54,591 nucleotides of DNA from Phoronis australis (Eukaryota > Animalia > Phoronida). The notes under the pieces are model-generated. The model saw only the letters and a list, made by a program, of their open reading frames with translations, did no database searches and was not told the DNA's origin. The translations under genes and the position numbers were made by a program. The stretch lies in the NCBI GenBank assembly GCA_002633005.1, contig NMRA01000196.1:20169-74759 (forward strand), given 5' to 3'. The first letter of the stretch is position 1; each line of letters begins with the position of its first letter. Below are positions 1 to 11,116 of the stretch, piece by piece.

Positions 1-730
1 TAGGAGGTGCCGTCGGAAAATCATCGTCAACCGTCCTCTTTATAGTAAGCACATACATGCCAATTTTCAGTCATCCTTTGAGCGGTTTGGTTGATAGAGG
101 GGTGGACGCAAAAAAACAGTAAAAATGGCCACTAGGTGGCGCAAACTATGTCAAATCCATCCGAAAACGGAAGGATAGCATCAACTCACTAATATGTGCC
201 TACATATTAAATTTCATAAAAATCCGTTATGGACTTTTGAAGATACAAAGGTAAACGTAAAAAAATAGGGGGCACACCGGTAGTCGGATCTGTTCAAAAG
301 TCGTCTTTGTCTGTTGTTAACACCACATAAATATACCTACTAAATTTCATAAAGATCCTGCAAACGGTTTAGGAGATACAGCCACAGGCGAAAAATAAAC
401 AAAACTGCCACTAGGAGGCGCCACAGTGGTCGAACTCGTCGGAACATTATCATCAACCGTCCTCTTCATAATAAGCACAAACATGCTAATTTTTACAATC
501 ATCCTTTGAGCGGTTTGGTTGATAGAGGGGTGGACTCGAAAACAGTAAAAATGGCCACTAGGTGGCGCGAACTACGTCGAATCCAAGCGAAAACAGGAGG
601 ATCCCGTCATCTCACTAATAGGCGCCTACATACCAAATTTCATGAAAATCCGTTCAGGACTTTTGAAGATACAAAGGTAAGCGTAAAAAAATAAAATTGC
701 CACTAGGGGGCACACCGGTGGTCGGAATTC
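1..730. repeat. Tandem satellite: ~143-bp monomers arranged as a ~427-bp higher-order (trimer) repeat, truncated by window start
   Basis: 11-290 aligns to 437-720 at an offset of ~426-428 (e.g. CATCCTTTGAGCGGTTTGGTTGATAGAGGGG at 72 and 500). The motif (TG)GCCACTAGRKGGCRC recurs at 126, ~266 (partial), 406, 552 and 698. Confidence 0.85.
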
Positions 731-902
731 CCCAACACCATGTCACGGTGTCAAAGGTCAACTTTTCGCGGATTTTTTTTAATTTTCGCTTTTTAACGTA
801 ACTCAGACACAATAACATGATAATTGGAAGAAGATATATCCAACTAACAATATCTTGAAAATGTTATTACAATTTAACATACTTAGACCTTGCAATTTAC
901 AC

Positions 903-1035
903 TTTAAGTCTATCGATAAACTTATTAAGTATATCGCTAGAGTTAATAAGTCTATCGATAGGGTTAGTAAGTCTATCGATTGAGTTAGCAACGGAAAAAA
1001 AAAAGTTGCCGTGCTGTCCTTTTACAGCCACCGTA
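903..1035. repeat. 21-bp minisatellite (TAAGTCTATCGATA core, ~4 copies) followed by a possible DNA-transposon terminus (...CAGCCACCGTA)
   Basis: TAAGTCTATCGAT-like units recur every 21 bp between 903 and 990. The terminus call is inference only, since no partner end was found. Confidence 0.6.
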
Positions 1036-1728
1036 CAAACATATCACCTGGTACAAAACTGGTATTTATATGTCACTTTTGTGACAATTTTATTGGCTAA
1101 AATAGCGTACACCTGGGTAACTACAGAAGCCACATCGCTTCGAAGTAAGTTTCAATTTACACCGCAAGGAGGTTAAAATTCAATAAGTTATCGAATTGGA
1201 AGAACGAGAGGGACAGCCGGAGAAGCCAAATGAGAAACTTGAAATGAAAGCAAGTGGAGTAAAAGAGTAAGAAGCGCCAAAAAGATCAGAGTTAAACGAG
1301 TATCTTTCTGCGCGTTGAAATTAACTTATTCAATAATTGATCTATTAAAAAGGTTCACCTGATATTTTGAACGCACAAAGGCTAGTATTTGACATCGTGA
1401 GTACCACCCGGTGATTCCTCTTTTGAAGATTTCTATCAGAGGATATAATTCTTAGACAGATTATTTTATAATTCTTTGACAATGCGCATGGCTTTGGAAA
1501 TGCTGGCGCGCGAAATGCAATCTCCTGCAGCTAAATAAATAAGAAAACGTGCTGTTATGAAGTTGGCAGCCAGTTTAATGATGCTTTCTCACCAAGTGTA
1601 ACCTTTGCATTTACCACACTTGAAGGATCAGTTGGAGAAGGATTTTCGTTAACAGTATATGAAATGCTGACTTTCTTGCAAAGTGATGACTAAAGTGTAT
1701 TCAATCTGACATTCACTATCAATTAAGG

Positions 1729-1896
1729 TAGAAAATAAATCTGAAACTAAATAAGGCGATCCAGATCCTCCCAATGATACTATTGTTTCACGAAATGTAG
1801 AATATAAATAGGTAAATAAAACAACAAGAATGGATCAACTGAAATTATCGGATGTAATAACTTCCTTTGTCAACAGAAACAGAAATAAAGTAAAAT
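1729..1896. repeat. Dispersed repeat copy (partner at 41894-42065) with an internal inversion
   Basis: 1729-1803 matches 41894-~41970 in direct orientation (GAAACTAAA..AGGCGATCCAG.TCCTC). 1812-1896 matches the reverse complement of ~41975-42065. Confidence 0.75.
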
Positions 1897-1978
1897 CAAA
1901 CACTATATGACAATTGACATATAAGATATGATGTAATGAATATGATACATTTTTGCGAAAATTTCAGTTGATCCATTC

Positions 1979-3109
1979 CACAGGCGCTTGGGTTTATCGC
2001 AAATGACGTCACTCAAAAATATATATATATCTAAGAAAACATAAAGGTTGGACACTGAAACTTTGCCAAGCCGAGGCTCCCAACTTCAACTGTCCAAAAT
2101 CCAAATAAAATCTGCGTGCACCTCCCTCAGTCTGGTGTTGCATAAACCTTCGAAGCCTTATCTTTCCTAGATCCCATTACTGTAACTGTCTTCGTGAGTG
2201 GTGAATTGGCGATGGAATTTCCAAAACAATCTCAAAACTCTGAATTCAAGGACCTGAAATAATAAACATGGCGGATTTCTGTTGTGCTTCAACTTGTACG
2301 CCTGACGTAGGTGAAACTTCGAGTTTGAGCAAGCAACCTATATTTCAAATTCAATAACTCTAATCCAAAACTCAACTAATTGAGAATGTTAAAGTTAGTA
2401 TTTTAATGATTATTTGTAACTTTATTCCACTGACGGCTCATTTTAGCCCTTAACTTAGAATTTTATTACATAAGTTGGCGTATCTTGTTTCTCATCTTGA
2501 CATCACGCACTTTTTTGATTGAAGCACAACACACACTCGGCCAGGAAACGCAGTCCGTGCAAGTATTACAATGCGCGTGGCCGACGAGTTAACTCAATGG
2601 TTTTGGCCAAAAGTAAAACCTTCATAAGAAATCACAGTACACAAAAAACTTCGCATATCAATACAGTATCAGGATAATTTATATTTGACACAAATATGTG
2701 AGTAATTACATTTATTTGGCAATAAAGTGCTCTCTGCTTCACATGATCAAGTAGTCGATGGATTGACGGCGAAAGTCGCGCGAAATTAGACTTTCGGATT
2801 TAGCTCGGGAGCGTCCGTCAAAAACCCGGATGTGCAAAGACCGTCTGCCATGACATCACGGAATCACTTCCTTGAATTTGTGATTTTGGCATTCTTTTGG
2901 CATTTTTGTCGCCAAATAACCACTTGAAGGAAATTTGAAGAGATCGAATGAAAGAAAGTATTCTAAGAGTTGTTCGATGCTAGTTTCGTGGAGTTCCATG
3001 CGCATTTGAGTAGAAAATTCTGAGCAAACAGATTTCGAGTGTCCAACCTTTATGTTTTCTTATATGTATTATTGAGTGACGTCATTTGTGATAAACCCAA
3101 GCGCCTGTG
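1979..3109. mobile_element. Non-autonomous DNA transposon (MITE), ~85-bp imperfect TIRs, 8-bp TSD; P-element- or hAT-like
   Basis: Termini CACAGGCGCTTGGGTTTATC... and ...GATAAACCCAAGCGCCTGTG. Identical flanking ATCCATTC at 1971-1978 and 3110-3117. No coding capacity. Confidence 0.9.
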
Positions 3110-3722
3110 ATCCATTCTTGTTGTTTTATTTACCTATTTATATTCTATCAATTAAGAAAATGCAGATTGGACAAAAGCAAGAAAGTACCCCGTTTAGGGC
3201 ATCTGTATATAGAAGGGATCCGAGCCCCAGCTCGTTCGATGAAAAATTGTCCATTTCCTTTATAGGCTCTATCGTATATATTAATATATATAATGATGAT
3301 GTCAGCTTTTGCAACAAATTTTGCATGGAATAAATTGAAATGCTTAGCTTATCCCATCAAACGTCGAGGCCATGTGGATAGATGCTGTCATTTTGGCGAT
3401 CATCTCCATCGCATCCATCGCATCTCCCGTTCATTGTATTCAAATCACGTTCTAAATCGTCGAGTGTTTACACTTCGAACTATGAACTAATTTTGTGAGA
3501 CGCTCGTTGATTGGCTAAAGTTTTCACTTGGGCGTCAACGTGGAACAATAGGGAAACTAAACCAATGTTGACTTAAGTAAAGCAAAGTTTTGCTTTTAAA
3601 TGTAGACATGGCCGGATAAAATCTGCTCGTTTTCAACGGATGACCAATTTGTATATCAGTAATTTCCACAAACACGACGACTTGCCCATTCTTGAGGCAG
3701 CTCCGAAACGAACTCGGAATTC

Positions 3723-3797
3723 CACACACACACGCACTTGCGCGCGCGCACTCGCACATGCACACGCACATACACACACACACACATTCTCCACACA
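3723..3797. repeat. (CA)n / (CG)n compound microsatellite
   Basis: CACACACACACGCAC...GCGCGCGCAC...TACACACACACACAC seen directly. Confidence 0.8.
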
Positions 3798-4255
3798 AAA
3801 AAGAAACAACCAAATAATAAGGTATTCTCAGAACGTGACGGAACGTGACGTACTTGATCTCGCTCAGCGCGTCCCTACTCGCACGGAAGTGCATCGCTAG
3901 TGTTGCACATCATCGAAAACGAGACTCCTTGCTTAGGAAGTCACAATGGCGTTTTCAGTCTGGTGTAAAGACTTGTCTTTGTTAGTGTGAAATAGCACAC
4001 CAAGACTTCAATTGAGAAAGGTTACAAGTTTTTCTTTGAGCTCATGAGAAAGATGTCGAAGGTGAATCGCTAGATGCCGCCTCGGACCATGCAACATTAA
4101 TGGCGGGGGCCAATGTGGTTAGTCTTCTTATCTATTCTTTTTTGTCTATAACCAGTGTTACAATAAACTAATCCACGTTGCTTGTCCCGCTGTTCTCTTC
4201 TTAATTCATGCTTAAGGAGTATGCAGACATTGTGCATGTAAACGCTGTTCACGGT

Positions 4256-6045
4256 ATCGTGGTGCCTGCAATTACAGCATTTATGGATGAATTGACAATA
4301 ACTACGGTGACGCATGTGCAAGCTCGGTGGGTTTTGGCAGCACTAGATGAAGTTGCAACGTGGGCTCGTATGAAGTTTAAACCCAGAAAATCGAGACTTC
4401 TGATATTGAGAGGTGGGAAAGTGGTCAACAGATTTACCTTGACCATTAAAGGCGAAGAAATTCCATCAATTGTTAACAACCCCATCAAGTGCCTAGGTAA
4501 ATGGTACGATGATCTCCTGTGCGACAAGAACAACATCAAGCAGATGGAGACCCAGGTGACGGAGTGGTTGAAGAGAATAGAGAAAAGCGGTCTTCCTGGC
4601 AAGTACAAGGCATGGATTTACCACCACGGGCTGTTACCTCGAGCAGCATGGGGTGTTATGCTGTATGACATCCCGATATCGGCAGTAGAGTGCCTGGGGA
4701 GAATAGTAAGCAAGTGGCTAAGGAAGTGGTTGGAAGTCCCAAGAAGCTTCACACAGGTTGGTCTTTATAGCAGAACAGCAGAGCTACAGCTACCTCTAGG
4801 GTCAATCACAGAGGAGTTTAAAGTTTAAAGTAGGGCAGGCTGGTTCTCACATTACGTGACTCTAGAGACCCAAAGGTGAGGGATGCTGGTGTCATGGCGA
4901 GATCAGGGAGACGTTGGTCAGCAGACACATCTCTGAGTCAGGCGGAGAGTTTGTTACAGATCAGAGATATAATTGGTAGCACCTGCGTAGGACGCCAGGG
5001 GTTGGGGACATCCCAGTTCCAACATTGGGAGAAGGCGAGTGAGAGGCAGCGGAGGGAGATGGTCCAAGCTGAGGTGAGAGCAGCAGAGGAGGATGCCCGT
5101 ACAGCCAAGGCAGTCCAACTAAGCCAGCAGGGAGCATACACCAGGTGGAAGAGAGGAAGATATCGTGGGCAGACGTGTGGAGTATGTAGCCATTGTGTGT
5201 CCAGTTTTTACTTCGCTCGGTTTACGACGTGTTACCATCGCCTGCAGACCTTCTTCGCTGGGGCCTAGTGGATGACCCAGCCTGCCAGATGTGTGGAGGA
5301 AGAGGTACATTGGCCCACATCTTATCAGGGTGCAAGATGGCACTGCAGCAGGGCCGATACGGATGGCGTCACGACCAAGTACTGAAGACCCTTGCAGATA
5401 TCATAGATGGTGAGCGTAAGACAAGAGCAACTCAGCCTAGGGCAAACAGACAGCACATACAATTCGTCAGCCAGGGAAGGTGAGATACGGAAGAAGTCAC
5501 GTCAGCAGCCTTGCATCCTGTAAGGAGTAAGCTGGGAAATGAGAGTAGATCTGGGAAGAAAGCTTGTGTTCCCGAGTATTGTGGAAACATCACTGCGGCC
5601 TGGCATCATTCTGTGGGCGGATATTCATCAATTTATAGTGATTATAGAGCTTACGGTGCCTTGGGAGGAAGGGGCCCATGACAGGAAGTTATCTACGTAT
5701 AGCGAGTTGGCGGAGACATGCAGAGCTCGAGGCTGACGAACTTGGTTGTTTCCTGTAAAGGTGGGATGTAGAGGATTCCCTGCAAGATCTGTATGGTGGT
5801 TGCTGGAGAAGCTTGGTGTGCGAGGGGGAAGGAAGAAAGCTGCGGTGAAAAGACTGGGCGAGACAGCTGAGAGGACATCTTGTTCGCTGTGATATCGTCG
5901 GAATGAAGGAAGTTGGAGGCCTCAGGGGTGCACAGTGGGTTGGCCGCCACTGTGGACCCACCAGTGGAGACCGTTATGGTTTAGGGTCGAAACGAGTCAA
6001 GGAAGCTGGATGCCATCGGACGACATCAAGCTAAGCCTCCATCTA
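4256..6045 (+). mobile_element. 5'-truncated, degenerate non-LTR retrotransposon of the R2 group (HERO-like): RT C-terminus, CCHC knuckle, restriction-like endonuclease
   Basis: Frames give AFMDEL (decayed YxDD-type RT motif), WARMKFKPRKSR, PIKCLGKWY, GLPGKYKAWIYHHGLLPR, GRRWSA, CQMCGGRGTLAHILSGC...GRYGWRHDQVL, LRPGII..IIELTVPWEE..RK..Y and VGCRGF. It is broken by stops and frameshifts (ORFs 4208-4828, 4876-5268, 5193-5483, 5539-5736). Confidence 0.9.
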
Positions 6046-8189
6046 GTTAGTGTACGGCGAGTAGAAGAGAATCCTGGTTTAGCCGTTACGAAGAAGGGGC
6101 GACAAGACGTCAGACTGCAAAGAAGCCTGAAAACTATTGAGGCAGATAACATCACTGTAAGTACAAACATTCAGGCACGAAAGTTTGGTACTACCACCTT
6201 GTGGTGTGTAAGGAAGTCTCTGGTTAGCCCTGTTTTCCGGTAGGATGTTTAGGCTGACAAACATAAATGTCTTCAAGCGTGTCGTCCATTTAAGTCGACT
6301 ATTACAAGCCCTTTTAAATCTGTAAGTTGTTTAATGTTTTACGAATATTCTGTCCAGATGTTAGATCAGTAGGTTATATAGGCTCTTCAGTCTCAGGTGC
6401 ATAGCCTGACTAAAACGCGGACGTTTGTAAATTGTGTTTTTTTATGTAAAATGAAACATAACCATGACACGCAATTGGGCGATTCGACGCGCTGTCGCTG
6501 CTGTACTAGTGGTGGTCGCTGTCTGCATGTAAACAGCTGGCAAAAAGACGGAATTGCAATCAAAATACGTCTTATTAATGCTATTTTCCCGGGTGCAAAC
6601 CTTCGGCAAGTGGTCACAAATTCCCAAAAGACCTAAGGTTACTACAGATGTGGAGAATTGCGGTCAAAAGGGTCAACCAAGTGGCAAAAAGTGTGTGCTC
6701 TATGCATTTCGATTGAGATACTTCATAATCACGTTACTTGGTAAGTTTTAGCAATTACTTTCTATCGACATCTCTCAGTGATGATATCCGCACCAGTTAC
6801 CCCACTGAATAACGGGTTTGCTCAAAGGAAATAAGTGTGTTCCTTAAGAAACTCAACCGGAACCTGAATGGTAGGCTAGCAACTCATATTCACATATTGT
6901 CCTTTGCGGGAGTGCTGCCGTGCCGCTCAAAACTATGCTATGTCCAACAAAATTCTCAAAATGAGTGAGTTTCCTTACTTTATAGCGGACCCCACCCCCA
7001 GGACTACCAGATTAGTTACCGAATTAACATGGATGAGCTATTCAGTAAATTCGTAACATTGAATTGGAATAAATATTGACATCTAAAATGAATTTTATTT
7101 GTTGAGATCAGAAGCACATTTTAGGTGTCATGAAAAATACACATTCTTATATCACTTTTAGACTGTTTCATATATTGTAATTCAGATCTTAAATAAGGCT
7201 TGGGTACAAAGATTATTAGTTTCTATATATAATCATGAATACGAAATATCAAGTAAGTTTTGCCTTACAAAAGTAGTTTTGTATTGTGTTTTCTTTTATA
7301 ATTTGCTAATATTTCTCCGGCTATTCTGTTCCAGGTGAGAGAAAATGACTGAAACCAGCCGCTTTACCGACTATTTCATGTTTCGTCGAAGTGAAAAGTA
7401 GTTCTTGAGCAATAACCTGAAAGAATTGAACCTCTCAATTCAGAAAGTCAGCCCTTCATATCCCTATGTGAAAATTGCAATTACTATTAAAAAATAATGA
7501 TGTTTCTTTGTATGTATGTAGTTGTTCACACTGCCATTTTGTTTTTAAATACCATGATTATTTTTTATTCTCGAATCCTGTGCATAGCAGATTCTTATCC
7601 AGCTACATGTAGCTACGATTGAAAACATACTTTGCTTGCATGTAGAACTTTTGTTATCGACAAGTTAACACAATTGTTCAAAGTCTTTCTTAAGAAAGCT
7701 CTAAAATAGTTACACGCATAAACAAATCAAATGCAAACAAAGGGAACAATTCATTTTGATCGCCGGACAATTCTATTGGTAAACAGGAAAATGACAATTC
7801 GAAAGTGTAACCACCTGTAATCATTTCAGCCTATAAAGAAGCAGCACAACTGCACTTTATGGGGCTTTAAAACTGAAGAAATATTATGGTTTGAATAATT
7901 AGTTACAAACTTGCCTGTTGATGAAAAATTTATTTGACCATCAAAGTGTAACATTAACGCGCTTTTTACCGACAACAAGACAATCGATACAGTCATTGAA
8001 TGTCATTTCCGCAAAATGTGTACCAAATTGAAAAGTTTTTACCATTATTACAAACCCTTTCTTCTGACAGGAAAAGTTAATATCACTCAGTGAGAACGGA
8101 CAGGTATTTATACCAGATGCTTTTGGGTTTTCATTTCAATGGGATCTAGTTTAAAACCCTGTAGATCAAAGGGCTTGAAAAAGATTCAG

Positions 8190-10232
8190 TTGCGGCACTG
8201 GCAATCCATCATGTAACCTCATTCAGCCTCAATAACATCCACAATTAGATTCTTGAAGGTAAACACAGCAGCATATCACTTGACTCGCTTTGTTCCCCAA
8301 ATCTGACCCTGAACTAGACCAGAGTGTCCCTAGGTCTTCTTTAGCTTCAGTCCCTCATGTTTCTTCCAGGAAATGAACTAAGCTATTGTTGTAGGCACAT
8401 GACAGGGCATCCTCACCAACGAGGCTGGCTGGGGTAGCAGTCAGATATAGTTCCTCTTCACCCACAAACAAACCACTGGCACATTTTCTTTTGGTAACTT
8501 AGTACTGTGATTCACATTTCTCCAGGGCCACTTGCTTGTACATTGTGCCATGCAGCACTGCTGGTGTGTGGGCATGCTGTGGGAAGAGAAGGGGGGCAAA
8601 GCTCGTCTATTTGGCGGCTTGAAGTCGCCTTACAGATGTCACTGAACTTGGTACAAATATTGAAACATAAATAATTAAGCACTTCAGGCTGGGTAAAAAA
8701 ATTGCCCCTGTTTATCAAAAATGTGATATGGTAACTGCTCTACAGTTTCACATAAAGTTAAATAATTGCTATTTCCAGAAAGCAAGGTTGTATATACTTA
8801 GTATTGTATCAAAATGTGTCTTTAATTTTCATTCCTAGCCATAACAGTTCCTTAATCGCATCACTTTGTCTGCAAAATATGCAATTTATTTGAGACAACT
8901 TCACATTCTTGTTACCCATTTTCAAGCTTTTTAATTTTGATACTTTCAGAAATTTTAAACACTGATTACAGATTAATGGGTCTGTCAAGCACACTTCTGG
9001 TCTAAGGCTGAGGGAACCGTTTCTCAGATTTTTTTATTTTCCTTCTAATAGAAGATTTGAAGACTTGGGTCATTTAAAAATGATGTATAATCTTTTTTGT
9101 TTAAGAGTAATTAAAATCGTAAGGCACCATTGCTTGCGTATTGGCAGCAAGAATAATACAAAATGTATGTTCAAATACGACCCCACTCGTATATTCACAG
9201 CAACAAATCAAATTTTCAGAAAAAAATGTCAGTCATATGAATTTATTTAACGACTTGCAACATTTCAAGGTATGAGTTAATACTGTCCAGACATTGAGAA
9301 TTCAGAAAATGCATATTTTATGGGTTTACAATGGATAGCAAAACAGTTTTATGACACTCGAAAGAACTTCATGAAGGTTAAGAATTATCTCACCATGCTC
9401 TTTCCCCGACACTTCTGTTATTGCCACACGTTCAGTTTCACCAAACTTCAACCCCCTATGCCCGCTAAGGACCTGAATAAGTAAATTAACAAAACAACTC
9501 ATATACATTTCTTTAAAAATAGTTGACCCTTTTCAAAGGCTTTGTTCATTGTCTCCGATATAGAAAGCAGGCTTTGACAACAAATCTGCACTGTATGGGA
9601 AGATCTTGCTGGTTAGTTGCAGTCAACTGCTTAAAATCAATTTTTGTCCATACAGGTGCATGTACGGTTGCAGCAGAAGCGATGCGTTGATCTCCTCTGC
9701 ACGGTGCTAGCCCTCAAACCTAAAAACCAAAGATCAGGTGAAAACAGACATGACATATTTACATGTCATCGTTTAATAGATTTCCGGACGACATCGGATA
9801 TGAGTAAACAAATAGTCTAATGGATATTTGTCACGAACCCTTTGGGCTTGGATTGTAATCTTATCTCACTAACCAATATCGAGCTGACAGCATAAACATT
9901 CAGCACTGATTGACGTAACTGTCTCTGATAAACCTGTTAAAAATCATTCCAAAAATTAGTAATACTGCTTTGATGTACCAAAAGATCCCCAGCGCTACGT
10001 CAAGTATCGTAACACACATCACAATAAACAACGTCAACGATTAACCCGACTGGCGACTGCCGCGAAGTCGACATCGGCCAGTACCTCAGTTAACAGGCAT
10101 CAGTATTGTAAACATGTAATAATCGTTGAAATAATCACAAACCTTACGTTTCTATCAGGTCATGCTTACTTCCTCTCGGAGAAGCACCCTTTTCAAGCAA
10201 TCTTACATTCAGTTGGCACGGCTGTAAGCCAT
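8190..10232 (-). pseudogene. Degenerate spliced transposon accessory gene: SAP-like N-terminus ... YqaJ/lambda-exonuclease-like domain (ISL2EU/Kolobok-type second ORF)
   Basis: Minus-strand reading of ~8190-8660 gives KFSDICKATSSRQIDELC / TPAVLHGTMYKQVALEKCESQY*VTKRKCASGLFVGEEELYLTATPASLVGEDA / LKLKKT*GHSGLVQGQIWGTKRVK*YAAVFTFKNLIVDVI, matching YqaJ motifs HG...E..A, GL, LxASPDG and QVQGQ. An upstream exon at ~10148-10232 reads LLEKGASPRGSKHDLIE (SAP-like) with a GTAAGG donor. There is an acceptor at ~9720. Confidence 0.7.
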
Positions 10233-10877
10233 TTCACTATATATTTAAAGAGCGAAATCGAGGCTGCTTAATATATCACCACTAGTACACGTGCGCCCTC
10301 TAGTAATGCTAAGATTGTCAAATAGCCCTATTATTACCTTCATCTCGTATTACAGTTACGTATGTGTCAGTGAAGAAGGCGTAGAACCGCGAGCCGCCGT
10401 TCTGCATCCGGAATATGTTCAATTAACAACAAGTATTTAAAGGTTTGGCGAACAGTTTGCACTGAATTATCTGTTTTGTAGCACATGCATGTACATGATC
10501 GGACGAGTAGGCCTACATCACAGTTTAGTGCAGACATCGTGGTTGTTAAAGGATAAACCAAGAGTTGGAAACAAACAACTCATCTGTTACATTTTCGAGT
10601 AAGGTAAGTTTTATTTATTTCATCTGATTTATTTCTTAATTATTTGCGGCAAAACAAAACAGTGACATATATTTCACAGGCCACAGAACACTAAATTGCC
10701 AATGCGCACAACACACACATCAAAAACTCCTAGGCTAGATTGTGCCTGTGTGTGGTTCAGAATACTTCAGGTTTCGTAGTAAGGGGTCTTTGATGACTGA
10801 GCTATGAATGCCTTGTGCGTGGTAAAGGTTTATACGGCGGGAGCAACAGGGCCAACTGAAAAACAAAATATCGTTGA

Positions 10878-10962
10878 TTTTCTCGTTATAACGACTTATC
10901 TATCTCGTGATACCGAGTAAGCTTTCTCGTTACAACGCTTTTTGCTGTCTCGTTGTATCGAA
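10878..10962. repeat. Degenerate ~22-bp tandem repeat (TCTCGTTATAACG core, 4 copies)
   Basis: TTTCTCGTTATAACGA, TATCTCGTGATACCGA, TTTCTCGTTACAACGC and TGTCTCGTTGTATCGA occur in succession. Confidence 0.65.
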
Positions 10963-11116
10963 ATACATTGAACACCATGGAAGAAACACGACGGGTGGTC
11001 ATTACACATGCTGTGTTAAATCGTCAGCATGGGAATGGATAAATTTTGACGACTCTACAGTCACAAATACATCCAAGCCTCCCCTGGATGCCTACATTGC
11101 AATATATGAATTATAA
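10963..11116 (+). pseudogene. Isolated C-terminal (His-box) fragment of a ubiquitin-specific protease (peptidase C19)
   Basis: YIEHHGRNTTGGHYTCCVKSSAWEWINFDDSTV...AYIAIYEL* matches the USP pattern HxG...GGHY...W..FDD..V...AY.L.Y. No Cys-box was found upstream, and the 5' side abuts a tandem repeat. Confidence 0.7.

Noticed and set aside
3535-3900. ORFs with CVCVC / HAHTH runs
   Set aside because: Translation of the (CA)n microsatellite.
5950-6030. Hammerhead ribozyme in the retrotransposon 3' UTR (GTCGAAAC)
   Set aside because: No intact CTGANGA core with supporting stems.
6390-7050. Cys-rich short ORFs
   Set aside because: No coherent domain or exon chain could be built.
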